A stretch of DNA of 63,865 nucleotides, counting the filler, from Pelomyxa schiedti (lineage: Eukaryota; Protista; Evosea), in assembly GCA_020536535.1 (NCBI GenBank). It is 9 parts of 9 records of this genome, joined end to end, with 100 filler letters (N's around TTAATTAATTAA, not from the genome) between each part and the next. Parts side by side here need not be neighbours in the genome. Positions count along the whole stretch, not along the records: positions 1 to 20,537 come from JAHLWZ010000304.1; positions 20,638 to 22,189 come from JAHLWZ010002426.1; 7 more parts are not named here. One strand, given 5' to 3'. Both the position numbers and the translations under genes were made by a program. Below are positions 11,338-21,197 of the stretch, piece by piece. Under the pieces are notes generated by a model, which worked only from the letters and a program-made list of their open reading frames with translations, searched no databases and was not told where the DNA came from. The number at the start of each line of letters is the position of its first letter. The stretch's first letter is position 1.

Positions 11338-12975
11338 ATGAAGTGTCAACTCCTCTCACTGGCCCTTCTCGTTGTGGCCGTTTCCTGCGCAGACATGCCC
11401 GACTGCACATACGACGACTACATGTCCTGGAACATCGTGAACAACAACCGATACATGACGGTGTACCCGCACGACAGCCTCATCACCGTCACGGTCGGGG
11501 AGTACGGGCTGGACTCGCTCCAGTTCACCGAGGCCTTCGAGAACGACCTGTGCAACTACTGGTCATCCAACCACAACGGGTGGACTCTGACAACCAGCGG
11601 AACAAACGGATGCGTCAGGACAGTCACCAAGGACTTCGACGCTGACGAGTACAACACGCACTGTGCCAGCTCATCCGACACCATGAGTGGTTACCAGATC
11701 ACCACCGTCGTGCAGGAGGACACCGAAGAACTGTACACCGGGACCAGCCTCGATGGGACAATCGAAACAGTCGTGGTCAATGGCGTCTTCAACGATGTGT
11801 GTTTTGTGTCTCCTTCTTCCTCTCTCTCTCTCTCTCTAGATGACTGTTATTTTTAACGCTTGTTGACTTGAACACAGGTGATGCTGCTTCCCACCAGTGC
11901 GAGCTACAATGTAACCATTTACATCTATAACCCGGGAGATTACTCGGCAGTGGTCAGTGGCGATGCCGGTGTGATGTACGATACGGATTACTGCGACATC
12001 AAGGTCCAGACCTATGCTCCCTATTACGTCAAAAGCATCAATCCAGTGCCGGTGTCTTTCCCCACGACCTACGTTAACGACGCTGTTGTTCTCACGAGGG
12101 ATGTCGACCCCGTGCTCCACCAAATTTCCACCGTGCTTGCCACTGTGACGATGTATCCCAAAGGAGACTGCCTCGTGTATGGCGATTTCACCGTTCGGTT
12201 CTATGTCGGTTGCGTTGATGACGATCCCACTTGCGACGCAGATACTCTCGCCGACTTCCCCTACTTCGATGCAACGTTCACCATCGGCATTCCCGACTGC
12301 AAGATACAAACCCACGAGGCTGACGCATGGCTCACAATGAGAACATACAACGACGATGATGAAGTCGACGCAACCTTCCAAGCAGGATCAAGTATGTGTC
12401 GCCCTTTCTCTCCCTTTTTTGTTTTTTTTAAAAAACAAAACCGATTTTTTGCAAGCAATTAACAACCATGAAAAGCAATCAAGATCGAGGAGAACATCAC
12501 CACAATCGGTGGAACTCCTGGTGAAGACTGCGATTGCGTCACCGACATGTACGTCTATGACTGGTCTGGAAACCTGTTGGATTCGTACCTTGACATGGAG
12601 AGCCTCGACATTTTCGACACGAAATCACTCATTGTGACCCCTCTGAAGAACAAGTTCAGGTAAACTTTCCTTCTTCCTCCTTTTTTTCCGCTTTTTTTTC
12701 TCACAGAACGGAACAGTGCGTACCTTGATCCCAGCATCTTCTCAGACCCCAACGGGGAAGTTGTCCAGCTCGAGGCCACATGCACAATCAACTGGGGATT
12801 CAAGAAGGAGACTGTTTCCTTTGGGCGGAAGTTCAAGATTCTTCGTGATGGAGAGCCTGGTTCAGCTGAAGGCTCCCTCGAACTTGCTGTTGGAGTGGCT
12901 GAACCAGATGCTGGGGTCAGTCTACGCGGCTCAGCATGGCTTATTATGAGTATACTGCTGTGGTTAATGCTCTAA
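11338..12975 (+). CDS. GPI-anchored paralogue of the 1123-2811 surface protein; 3 introns at the same positions
   Basis: High nucleotide identity to 1123-2640. Ends AEPDAG-VSLRGS-AWLIMSILLWLML*, a small-residue omega site, spacer and terminal hydrophobic tail with no cytosolic segment. Confidence 0.85.
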
Positions 12976-14209
12976 ACATAAATTCCTGTAAAAACGGCCG
13001 CCCTTTTTTTGCCATCAAAACCTGGACTCACTTTTTATTTTTTGGGTCTTCGGGTCTTGCCATGTGATGCTCCTCAGAGGCTGGAAAGACCACGAAACGG
13101 TAGAGTGCATGGTACAGACATTTCAGAATATTCCCTTCACAGGTAACAGAACCAGGACCTTTTCTGCCCCGTTGATGTAACAAAGAGTTTGTCATTTTCA
13201 TTCCCTATACCAATTGCCCAGTGGACCAAAAACGAATCACTGGGGGGTGTCTGGTTTAGGGGGGGGGAATTCACAATACCCCCCCCCCAAAACCGGAATA
13301 CAGGGGGGGAGAATGCAAATTTATGTTAAAAACGTGTGGTTAAACAGTCGGTATGTGTTTTGAAGAAGGGTTTATTTTTTTCTTTCATTTTTTTTTTTTG
13401 TTTGGCCTTTATAAGACAAACGATTTTCCAACCACAGCAACAATACAAAAAAAAACTAGGCCTTATGCTGCATGTGGCAATTACTTTGTGGCTAATTGTG
13501 GCGAGGTGACTTCGCGTCGCTGTAGTTCTAAGTACGGTTCTAATCACTGATGGATTTCTGGGAAAACTACCGCGAATCTGTTGCATCAACACCCCAGCAC
13601 ACCTCACAGTGTGGTGGTCACTATCCCAACCCAATCTACCTTGGCACACTAATACTTTGTGGCTTTTATCGATGAAACTCAGTGAGACCACTCTTCGTCA
13701 CTCACTTTGTGGCAATTACTACCGGACCTCACCACCACAACATGTGGTGCGAACATAAAGGCTTTGTATGACTTCACAGACTGGGAGGAAGTTCTCAAAA
13801 GGGGCTGTTTGCCGTCTCTTTGACACTTGAGCCAGACTGTATATTTTCCGTTTGCTGCTCCCTGAGAGACCCAACCAGGACCAAGAGGGCCTCAGTTGCG
13901 CAACTTTGTGCACAAGGTTTTTTTTTATGGCTTTTTTCAAAGAACAAAAAAAACTTTTGATTGGGCGATTTCGGTTTGGTGGGGAGCGGAAGTGATCGGA
14001 AAGTGGTACAAATGTGGCTGCGGTGAAAAGCCTGTGAATGGTGTTTAATCGGCAACGAAATAACCACGAAGGTTGTGAGTGCATTCAACCACGAAGCTTA
14101 TTTAAATAAAACCGTACTTGTCCCTTTATATACGGCTATCGGCAGTTCAACAAACAAAAAAAGCACAACTTCACACCATACTATCAACACTTTTGTGTGT
14201 CAAAGACAA

Positions 14210-14655
14210 ATGGTAATGCTACCTCGTTTGCGTCTCACACAAATGGTGATGTCAACTTTTAGGATGCATTTGCAAATACTAGTAGCTTCCAACCCGATGC
14301 TTCTTGTGATCTTATGTTTACTGCTGCAGCCCCGCCTTCATTGATGTCACAGACTCAACAAGGCTCCCTGCCAGTTTCCGCTGTTGCGATACCTTCACAG
14401 CAGCAGTACACAACAGCTGCAGCAATACCTTCACAGCAGCAGTACACAACAGCTGTACCACCACCACCAATGTTACCTCCTCCACAACAAATGTACCCAT
14501 CAATGGGAATGTCTTACATCCAACAGCCAGGGGATTTATACACACAAATTAATAAATTGTATATATGGTCCCGATTCTGTTTGACTTTTTAACACTCCAG
14601 CAGGCCCTGCAGCAGCAGAGGATCCAGGAACTATCCATAAGAAACGAACTGTTAT

Positions 14656-14718
<63 letters not shown>

Positions 14719-16749
14719 AACCCAACACACAGAGCAGCACTCGAGCGAGGGGAAGGAGAAAGTCAACATTAAAGGGTGGGGGGACAGGCACAGGGAGGGG
14801 GAAGGGGAAGGGTAGAGGAAGGGGAAGGGGAAGGGGTACAAGAGGCCAAGGGGGTGAAGATATAAACTCAACTTCAATCACAACATCAACTTCGCAATCG
14901 AGCCTGGCTCAGGACTCCTCAGCGCTGCAGGGAGTGGCATCCAGACCACCAGCTCCTCAGTTACCTTTGGATGCCACTCCAAGCCCATTACCATTACCAA
15001 CATCACCTCCAGTACCATCAGTAGCAGGTCTCCAGCACCCGCTGGCAGATGACTCATCACTCCCAGTTTCTTCTGCACATGACCAGGATGACAATCAAGA
15101 TAGTATGCATTTCCCCTCACTGCAGTGTATTAACTGCGAAACCAGGCCCTTTAGTGGATAGCAATGATGATGCCTTAGAGAGCCCATCTGCTGTTCTAAC
15201 TTTTTTGGAAAAGCAGTTAACACCTACTCTCTTGGTTTTTCTTTCCTTCTTTTACTTATACATTCTACATAGACAACAAAAAACAACATCGCGACTGGAT
15301 GAAGCTGAGGCTGCTGAACTGTCTTCTGCTGATGAGGAGGCTACTGACAGTGGGACCACTTGGTCTCAGATGCGGAAAAATCCTGAAGTGAGTTTTTTTT
15401 TCCTGTTTCTTTTATTAATACCGTATGGCAGGAGGTCCTTAGAGTCTTTCACTTTACTGTTGAGTGGCTTGACAACTTCTTGGCACAGATTGTACCAATT
15501 CTGGAAGATCCCAGTAGAAAAGGTGCACGCCCAAAGATGAGTGCAGAAGATGCTGTTCTCTTTTACTTGGCAATTCTAAGTACTGGGTGTGCTGTGTCTC
15601 GATTTGCTCCTCTCTGGAAATTACCAAAAGCTGAAAAGGGGACTGCAAACAGTGCCGCACTAAGGGCCATTGAGAGGGTTCGGCCTGTCATTTACAGAGA
15701 GTTACATGACTACTGGATGAAGAGACCTTTCAACCACATCCCCAAGCCAGTCACTGAAGACAAGTTCGGTTTTATTGCAGTAATTGCTGACCACACACCT
15801 ATAATAATAAATAAGCCATATGCACTGAAGACCCCCACCAGCGATGCATTCATCCACCAGGTGAAAGCCTATGATAAACATCATGGCTTTCATGCTGTAA
15901 AAAAACATGTGGTCTCAGCTATGGCACCACATTACTGTGTGGCCATTGGAAAAGCCTGTGCAGGTGCCACAAGTGATAAGACCGATTTTGATGAGCTGTG
16001 GAGTTCTCTGTATCCTCCTTTACTGAAGAGAAAGCCAGATGATACTTCTTTCCCAGAGCATGCTACCTGGGCAGTTCTTCTTGATAGTGGATATATATTG
16101 GGGCCGTCTACCAAAGTATCACTGTCACTTACTTTTTTTTTCCTGTTTTAATCCATCTCAGTGTGCATAAAGTTGTACTGCCTCAGCCCTCCAGCCACTC
16201 AAGCCATTATAGCCAGAAAGACCTTGACGATCTCCGCAAGAAAAGGTCTGTCAACCTGTTGTCAGTTTTCTTACTTTCACACAGAGTTTGTGTGGAATGC
16301 TTTTTTGGTAGGATGACTGTACTATGGCGTATCTTGCTTGTGCCCTATCCTTTTGACCAGCAGCATTTGGATGTGGATGTAGACATTATGATAATGCTCA
16401 CTAATGCTCACATAGAGTAAGAAGCTGTTTTACACAACTGTGATTTACAATTCTCACCAGGGAACGTGACTTGCATTCTGGGGACCAGAACTCCTATGTT
16501 AGGATTTGCAAACTCCGGGAGAAAGAAGCTGCAGATGTAAGACACAAACGTCAGCAGCAGCGAGACAGTTCAATGGACTCTGCCAGTAAGAGGCCCAATT
16601 TCAGCAAACAGTATGAAACAAATGAACCACAACGATCCCCACCTTCTCCATCATCACTTCAGTCATTGCAACTGCAATCGCAACCACAACCGCAGCCACA
16701 GCCGCAACCGCAATCGCCATTGCAGTTGCAATCTAAAACCCCAGTGTAG
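14210..16749 (+). CDS. Intron-containing IS5/Harbinger-family transposase (HTH_Tnp_4-like and DDE_Tnp_4-like) with a long Q/P/RG-rich N-terminal region
   Basis: HTH-like KMSAEDAVLFYLAILSTG. Catalytic-like IADHT, YDKHHGFHAVK, GATSD, LLDSGY and RVCVECFFGRMTVLWRIL, then DIMIMLTNAH. The join of the N-terminal exons is uncertain. Confidence 0.8.
14656..14720 (+). repeat. (CAG/CAA)n polyglutamine tract inside the transposon gene
   Basis: Run of about 21 Gln codons in the 14565-15161 ORF. Confidence 0.9.
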
Positions 16750-17209
16750 ATAAGATTGCATTCATACAACAACCCTCCAATCCCCTGTTTATAGTTTTCA
16801 ATGAAATTTCTTTCACAGTGATATTTCAAGGAAATCTTTACATTCACTGCGCAAAGCAAAAGGTAAACCGGTTTGCATTTTCAAAGCGAATCACCCCCCA
16901 AAATCACAGCCTGGGGGGAGTAAACCGGACACCCCCGGTAATCCGTTTTTGGTCCAGTGGGGGCAAAAAAACTCGAAGAAGTGTCCGGAAAGACATCTAT
17001 CCAATAGACTTACCAATAGAAAGCTCTTAACCTAAAAGTCTAAGTCCGGAACTGAGCCTCAGGCTAGATCTGTTCGGTGTGGCCATCAGAGGGATCAGTG
17101 GCTCCTGAAGCGGCACGAGCCTTCCCCTTGTGCAGGCGACGATCACCTGCACGAGTGTTGTTTCCCAGGCTCTGAAGTGTGAGTGTAGGGGAAGCATTGA
17201 TGGGTGTTT

Positions 17210-17680
17210 AAGGGAAAAAAAACATTTTTTTTTCTTCTTCTAGTGTTGCATATCCGGGAACACCGGTCTAGGGGGCACACGACTGTACATTCTCTTGTCG
17301 CCACAACGGCCCACGTCACTACCCGCAGGAAGGTGGTGAAAGAGGTACCTATCGGGCAAAGAAGAAAAAAAAACACACACCGACCTTCCCGTTTTGTAAG
17401 TTTTTCTGGGAAGTCCTGTTTTTTCCTGTTGAGTCCGGAGCCCAATTTTGCCTAAAGTGGGGAATGGATATCCTTTTAGCTGGTACAATGTACCTGTTCC
17501 AAGGGCCCCCCATCGGCGAAAAAACCCCCTTTTTTTCCCTTCTTCGACTGTCGCAAATCCGGTGCCGCCGGTTTTGAGGGCAAACGACTCTACATGTGTC
17601 TGCGGTCATAACAGGCCACGTCAGGTTGCGCAGTTCGGTGCTCAGCCAGAGCCCACTCCTCAAAGAGGAAAAAAAAACCC
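17210..17680. repeat. Degenerate direct repeat (two units about 300 bp apart)
   Basis: 17210-17370 (...TTCTTCTAGTGTTGCATATCCGGGAACACCGGTCTAGGGGGCACACGACTGTACAT...CCACGTCA...AAAGAAGAAAAAAAAAC) aligns with 17515-17680 (...TTCTTCGACTGTCGCAAATCCGGTGCCGCCGGTTTTGAGGGCAAACGACTCTACAT...CCACGTCA...AAAGAGGAAAAAAAAAC). Confidence 0.6.
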
Positions 17681-18498
17681 GTGGTTCAGCTAACAGATCA
17701 GGCTCCCAACCAAGGTGAACGTTCCCGACCTACCGTCCAGAACCATAGAGGTGAGGACAACACTGCCGGTTGTTTCGGCAAGAACAAGGCGAGTATGGGG
17801 GGTGGGCATTGATTAGAAATCATCAGAAACAATTAGAAACCGATTAGAACCCATTTTGTACGCTTTTTACGGTAAACTCACTAATGATTGGAGAAGTCTG
17901 GGTTTTAGGCCCCAAATTGTGGTGAAGAAAAATCGCCAAGTCAGGTGTTGAGTGAGGTGGTTCCTAACAGCCATATATTCAGAACGTGTTGCACCTTAGA
18001 AGACACCCAAAGTTGAGCTCCTCAATTTTGAGTATGTGTGCAGGCAGGCCTCAGTCTGCACTGACTTGGAATTCGGTTTGTACCCCACCATATGCTTCCT
18101 TGGTCACGCTAACACGCCGGCCAGACCCCAGAACGATGATGCACTGCACTGATTCCAAACCGTTCCGGAATTGTTCCTCAGGGACTTGGGATTTGGTATG
18201 TCCTTAACCGGAATGATGGAGCCACAGCGGAACAATAACACAGCAATATCAAGGTACCTTGTTGTTCTTTTTTCCAACCCTGCTAACTCCATTTTGCAGG
18301 TGTGGATGCTGTGGCATACTGTGGCTGGACTTGGCCTCCCTACTGCTTCCTCACTCCTACATCCTCGTGTGTGCCAGTACCCACACACCCAGCATGCTCG
18401 CTCTGACTGGCACTCTTTTTGTCTGCAGTGCTCTGCCATTACCCACACCTCACACCCACACCTAAGGGAACAAAAAAAAGAGAATTAAAAAAGCCAGC

Positions 18499-18675
18499 TG
18501 TGATATCTCTTAAGGGAGCTAAAGGGACACTCAGGGGGGATCCTTCTTCTTCTGTTAGGCCACAATAGATATGACGTCACCATCACCCAAGCCTTAGGAC
18601 CCTTTGAATAAAGTAGTTTACGAAGAAAATAGAACCCCCTTAAGTCCACTATCGCACGTTTTAAGCTAGATAACA
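18499..18675 (+). repeat. 5' LTR (177 bp, TG...CA) of the same Ty3/gypsy family
   Basis: Matches the reverse complement of 3758-3912 apart from an indel block near its 5' end. Followed by a PBS. Confidence 0.9.
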
Positions 18676-18677
18676 CG

Positions 18678-18688
18678 TGGTGGAGGTA
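18678..18688 (+). promoter_or_regulatory. Primer-binding site, probably for tRNA-Ala
   Basis: TGGTGGAGGTA lies 2 nt after the LTR and is complementary to a 3' end TACCTCC-A-CCA, consistent with the G3:U70 acceptor stem of tRNA-Ala. Confidence 0.6.
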
Positions 18689-18701
18689 CAGTACGATCCC
18701 C

Positions 18702-19199
18702 ATGCCTAACAACAAGGGCGGAAGAATCGCTAAGAGCGATAATACCAAGCGTAAAGTCAACGAGGAGTCTGATGATGGGGAGAGCACCTCCTCTGAGGAA
18801 GAGGGAGATAAGGGAGTGGAAACACACGAAGATACAAAAGCGAGTGTGGAGACACAAAAAGCGCTCACACAGGCCACAAAAGGGCCTGCAGCAGCCAAAG
18901 ACACACCCAAAGGGAAGGCAACACCAAAAACACCAAAAACAGGGAAAACACAACAGCTAACACAGACTGAGCAAAAGAACACACAGAAAACCACTAACAC
19001 AGGGGCAAATAAAACACCACAGAAGAGAAAGGAACAAGCGGGTGCAAGACTTAGTGCAAGCGCCATCAGACGAGGCGAACCAACACCAACACCTATGCCA
19101 AGCCGTAACGGGATCGCACCTGGTACGGGGAGTCAACAAGTGCCCCTAGGAAACGTTGCAACGCAGCTCTTCCCAACAGACACAGACACGATGTGTTAA
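18702..19199 (+). CDS. K/T/E-rich low-complexity ORF upstream of gag (possible gag N-terminus)
   Basis: 165-aa ORF whose ATG lies just after the PBS. It overlaps the gag frame (-1) over 19109-19199. Confidence 0.5.
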   Translation: MPNNKGGRIAKSDNTKRKVNEESDDGESTSSEEEGDKGVETHEDTKASVETQKALTQATKGPAAAKDTPKGKATPKTPKTGKTQQLTQTEQKNTQKTTNTGANKTPQKRKEQAGARLSASAIRRGEPTPTPMPSRNGIAPGTGSQQVPLGNVATQLFPTDTDTMC

Positions 19200-20533
19200 C
19201 AAACAGGACCTTCACTCTGGCGCACGGTCAGTCTAGTATCCGTAGACGTATTTTGGACACCATCGACCCAACTCACATGTCGACCGGCAGGGTGTTGAAA
19301 TGGATTGCCGAATTTGAGAATAATATTCGCAGTAGACAGCTGAGTGATGCAGAGGCGGTGAGTGAATTCCGTCTGGCGATGGACGGACCGGCCAATAGTT
19401 GGATGCAAGGACTACCTGCTGACCTGGGGTGTGCTGACATGATTTACAACTTCAGGGAGACTTATGTTGATGATGCAAAGAGGGAGAAGTACAAGCAGAA
19501 GCTATCCAAGAGGCACCAGTATTCGGGTGAGCCTGCATCTGACTACATTCGCACGATGGAGATGAAATGGCGTTGGCTGAAGCCAGACATATCAGAGCAT
19601 TCACTGACCAGGAGGATAAAGGAGGGACTGTCGAGGGCTCTGCAAGCTGCAGTCACTCGGGCAGGTGGGGCATCATTGGTGGTAGACCTGGCAGCAAAGG
19701 CCACTAACGAGGAAGAGGCCATTAGGATTGCTGGAGAAGACACACAACAAGGGAACAGGGCCAACGCATTCATCACTCAAGGGGAGCTGGAAGAGGAGGA
19801 ACAGGATGGGGAGTATGAGAAGAGGGGCAAGCGTGCCGCCTGCTGGACACCAGCCCAACAAGAAGGCAGGGATAAGAAACCCCGAACCACAGGACAGGAA
19901 AGGCGTGAGAGCGAGATCAGAGAGAAGATGGAGGCAATAGAAGGCATAGTAGACAGGCTGGCAGAACAATTGGACAAGCAGAAGGCCAAGGCAGAGGAGC
20001 AGCGCATACTTCTCACCAATGCACAGTGCTTCACCACCAGCAATACCCCATCCCTTAGCCAACAGATGACGACACCCCCAACAAGCCAGGTGGCACAAGT
20101 CCAGGACCCACGCAGCAGCATGCCCCAAATGGCAGCACCAATGCCAGTTCTAGGAGGCACCAGCAGCCCAATGTTGCCGTTGCCTACCTCATACCCAGTG
20201 ATTACAAACCCCGGGTATCAACCACCATTTATTATCCAGCAGGTTCCAGCCCAACCATTGCAGGACACAACAACATATGCACGTCCAAGACAGAGATTCC
20301 AAGGGAGAGGGCCTCGGCTGGGCCAATGCTGGAGTTGCAACCAAACAGGGCATGGCTGGAAGTCATGCCCAGAACCATGCCCCATGTGCAAGCAGAGGCC
20401 CACCCACCCCAAGTACCAGTGCCCTAGATGGGTGGCAGATCACCCAGTGGAGGCTCAAGAGGCATATGATAGAGCCATGAGTCAGGCAAACGGAATCCGA
20501 CCATACCTCCCAAGTAAACCAGACCAACATTAA
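19193..20533 (+). CDS. Retrotransposon Gag (capsid-like region and two Cys/His knuckles)
   Basis: KWIAEFE...MDGPANSWM...RHQYSGEPASDYIRTME...IKEGL (major-homology-region-like). CWSCNQTGHGWKSC (CX2CX4HX4C) and CPMCKQRPTHPKYQC. Confidence 0.85.
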   Translation: MLTNRTFTLAHGQSSIRRRILDTIDPTHMSTGRVLKWIAEFENNIRSRQLSDAEAVSEFRLAMDGPANSWMQGLPADLGCADMIYNFRETYVDDAKREKYKQKLSKRHQYSGEPASDYIRTMEMKWRWLKPDISEHSLTRRIKEGLSRALQAAVTRAGGASLVVDLAAKATNEEEAIRIAGEDTQQGNRANAFITQGELEEEEQDGEYEKRGKRAACWTPAQQEGRDKKPRTTGQERRESEIREKMEAIEGIVDRLAEQLDKQKAKAEEQRILLTNAQCFTTSNTPSLSQQMTTPPTSQVAQVQDPRSSMPQMAAPMPVLGGTSSPMLPLPTSYPVITNPGYQPPFIIQQVPAQPLQDTTTYARPRQRFQGRGPRLGQCWSCNQTGHGWKSCPEPCPMCKQRPTHPKYQCPRWVADHPVEAQEAYDRAMSQANGIRPYLPSKPDQH

Positions 20534-20637
20534 ATAANNNNNNNNNNNNNNNNNNNNNNNNNNNNNNNNNNNNNNNNNNNNTTAATTAATTAANNNNNNN
20601 NNNNNNNNNNNNNNNNNNNNNNNNNNNNNNNNNNNNN

Positions 20638-21046
20638 AAACTATCCGTTTCTCACCACTGTCTGATGATGTTGTTGTGGTGGTAGGGCCACCGGGATTTA
20701 TGGAGTTCATTGACTTGGAAGAAAGCTTCATCCGGGGGAATCTGGTTGTCACATCGACGGTAAGCTTGCCAACTGAACTATTGTGGATGCTTGGTGACTG
20801 CACATGTCCTCTGCGTACTGGGAACACGGTGCCGTTACAAGAGCGGCACACAATCTCTCCCATGTCTTTGCACTTCAAAATACCGCAAGTGTCACAACAG
20901 GCCTGATTGTGTCAACATCACACCCTTCTGAAGGGAACTTAGGTGCCACCAGAATTCAGTTTGCAGTGGATGATTGTGTCACTGGTTTCCATGTTGGTGA
21001 CTTCACATTCCCACGTGGAGCTTGGAAGGATACACGACGCTCGTAA
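20638..21046 (+). pseudogene. Degenerate 3' part of a tandem paralogue of the 21198 gene
   Basis: 20641-20800 aligns with 21965-22145 (FSPLSDDVV...GF.EFIDLEESF.RG.LVVTSTV). The reading frame shifts before the C-terminal DCVTGFHV. Confidence 0.65.
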
Positions 21047-21197
21047 TAGCTACTTAGATTTACCTCCACAAGACTAAATAATTGAGTTTGCAAACTCAAC
21101 AATCAAATCAACTCAAGCCCTTTAACAACCCATTATTTGCAAACTATGGGTTATGCGCCGAAAATCGTATCAACCGATAATTTGCGCAGTTCTGCTA

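Larger units (their letters stand above)
13223..16955 (+). mobile_element. Complete PHIS (PIF/Harbinger/ISL2EU-like) DNA transposon, about 3.73 kb, with imperfect ~36-bp TIRs and a 3-bp AGT TSD
   Basis: Left end GGACCAAAAACGAATCACTGGGGGGTGTCTGGTTTA versus reverse complement of the right end GGACCAAAAACGGATTACCGGGGGTGTCCGGTTTA. AGT at 13220-13222 and 16956-16958. Encloses a DDE transposase. Confidence 0.88.
18499..20537 (+). mobile_element. 5' half of a Ty3/gypsy LTR retrotransposon (LTR, PBS, ORF0, gag), cut by the contig end
   Basis: LTR and PBS followed by a gag-like ORF with a zinc knuckle. Confidence 0.88.

Noticed and set aside
17860-18480. Coding-like fragments upstream of the 5' LTR
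   Set aside because: Interrupted by stops and with no family signature. At most a decayed gene.
3758-18675. The two LTR copies as terminal inverted repeats of a 15-kb composite element carrying the surface genes
   Set aside because: One is a 3' LTR with a PPT and the other a 5' LTR with a PBS whose gag runs away from the interval. They differ by an indel and share no TSD, so they are two independent insertions.
20538-20637. N44-TTAATTAATTAA-N44 blocks (also at 22190, 36191, 37492, 57273, 58764, 60430 and 61764)
   Set aside because: Artificial six-frame-stop contig linkers. Adjacency across them has no biological meaning.
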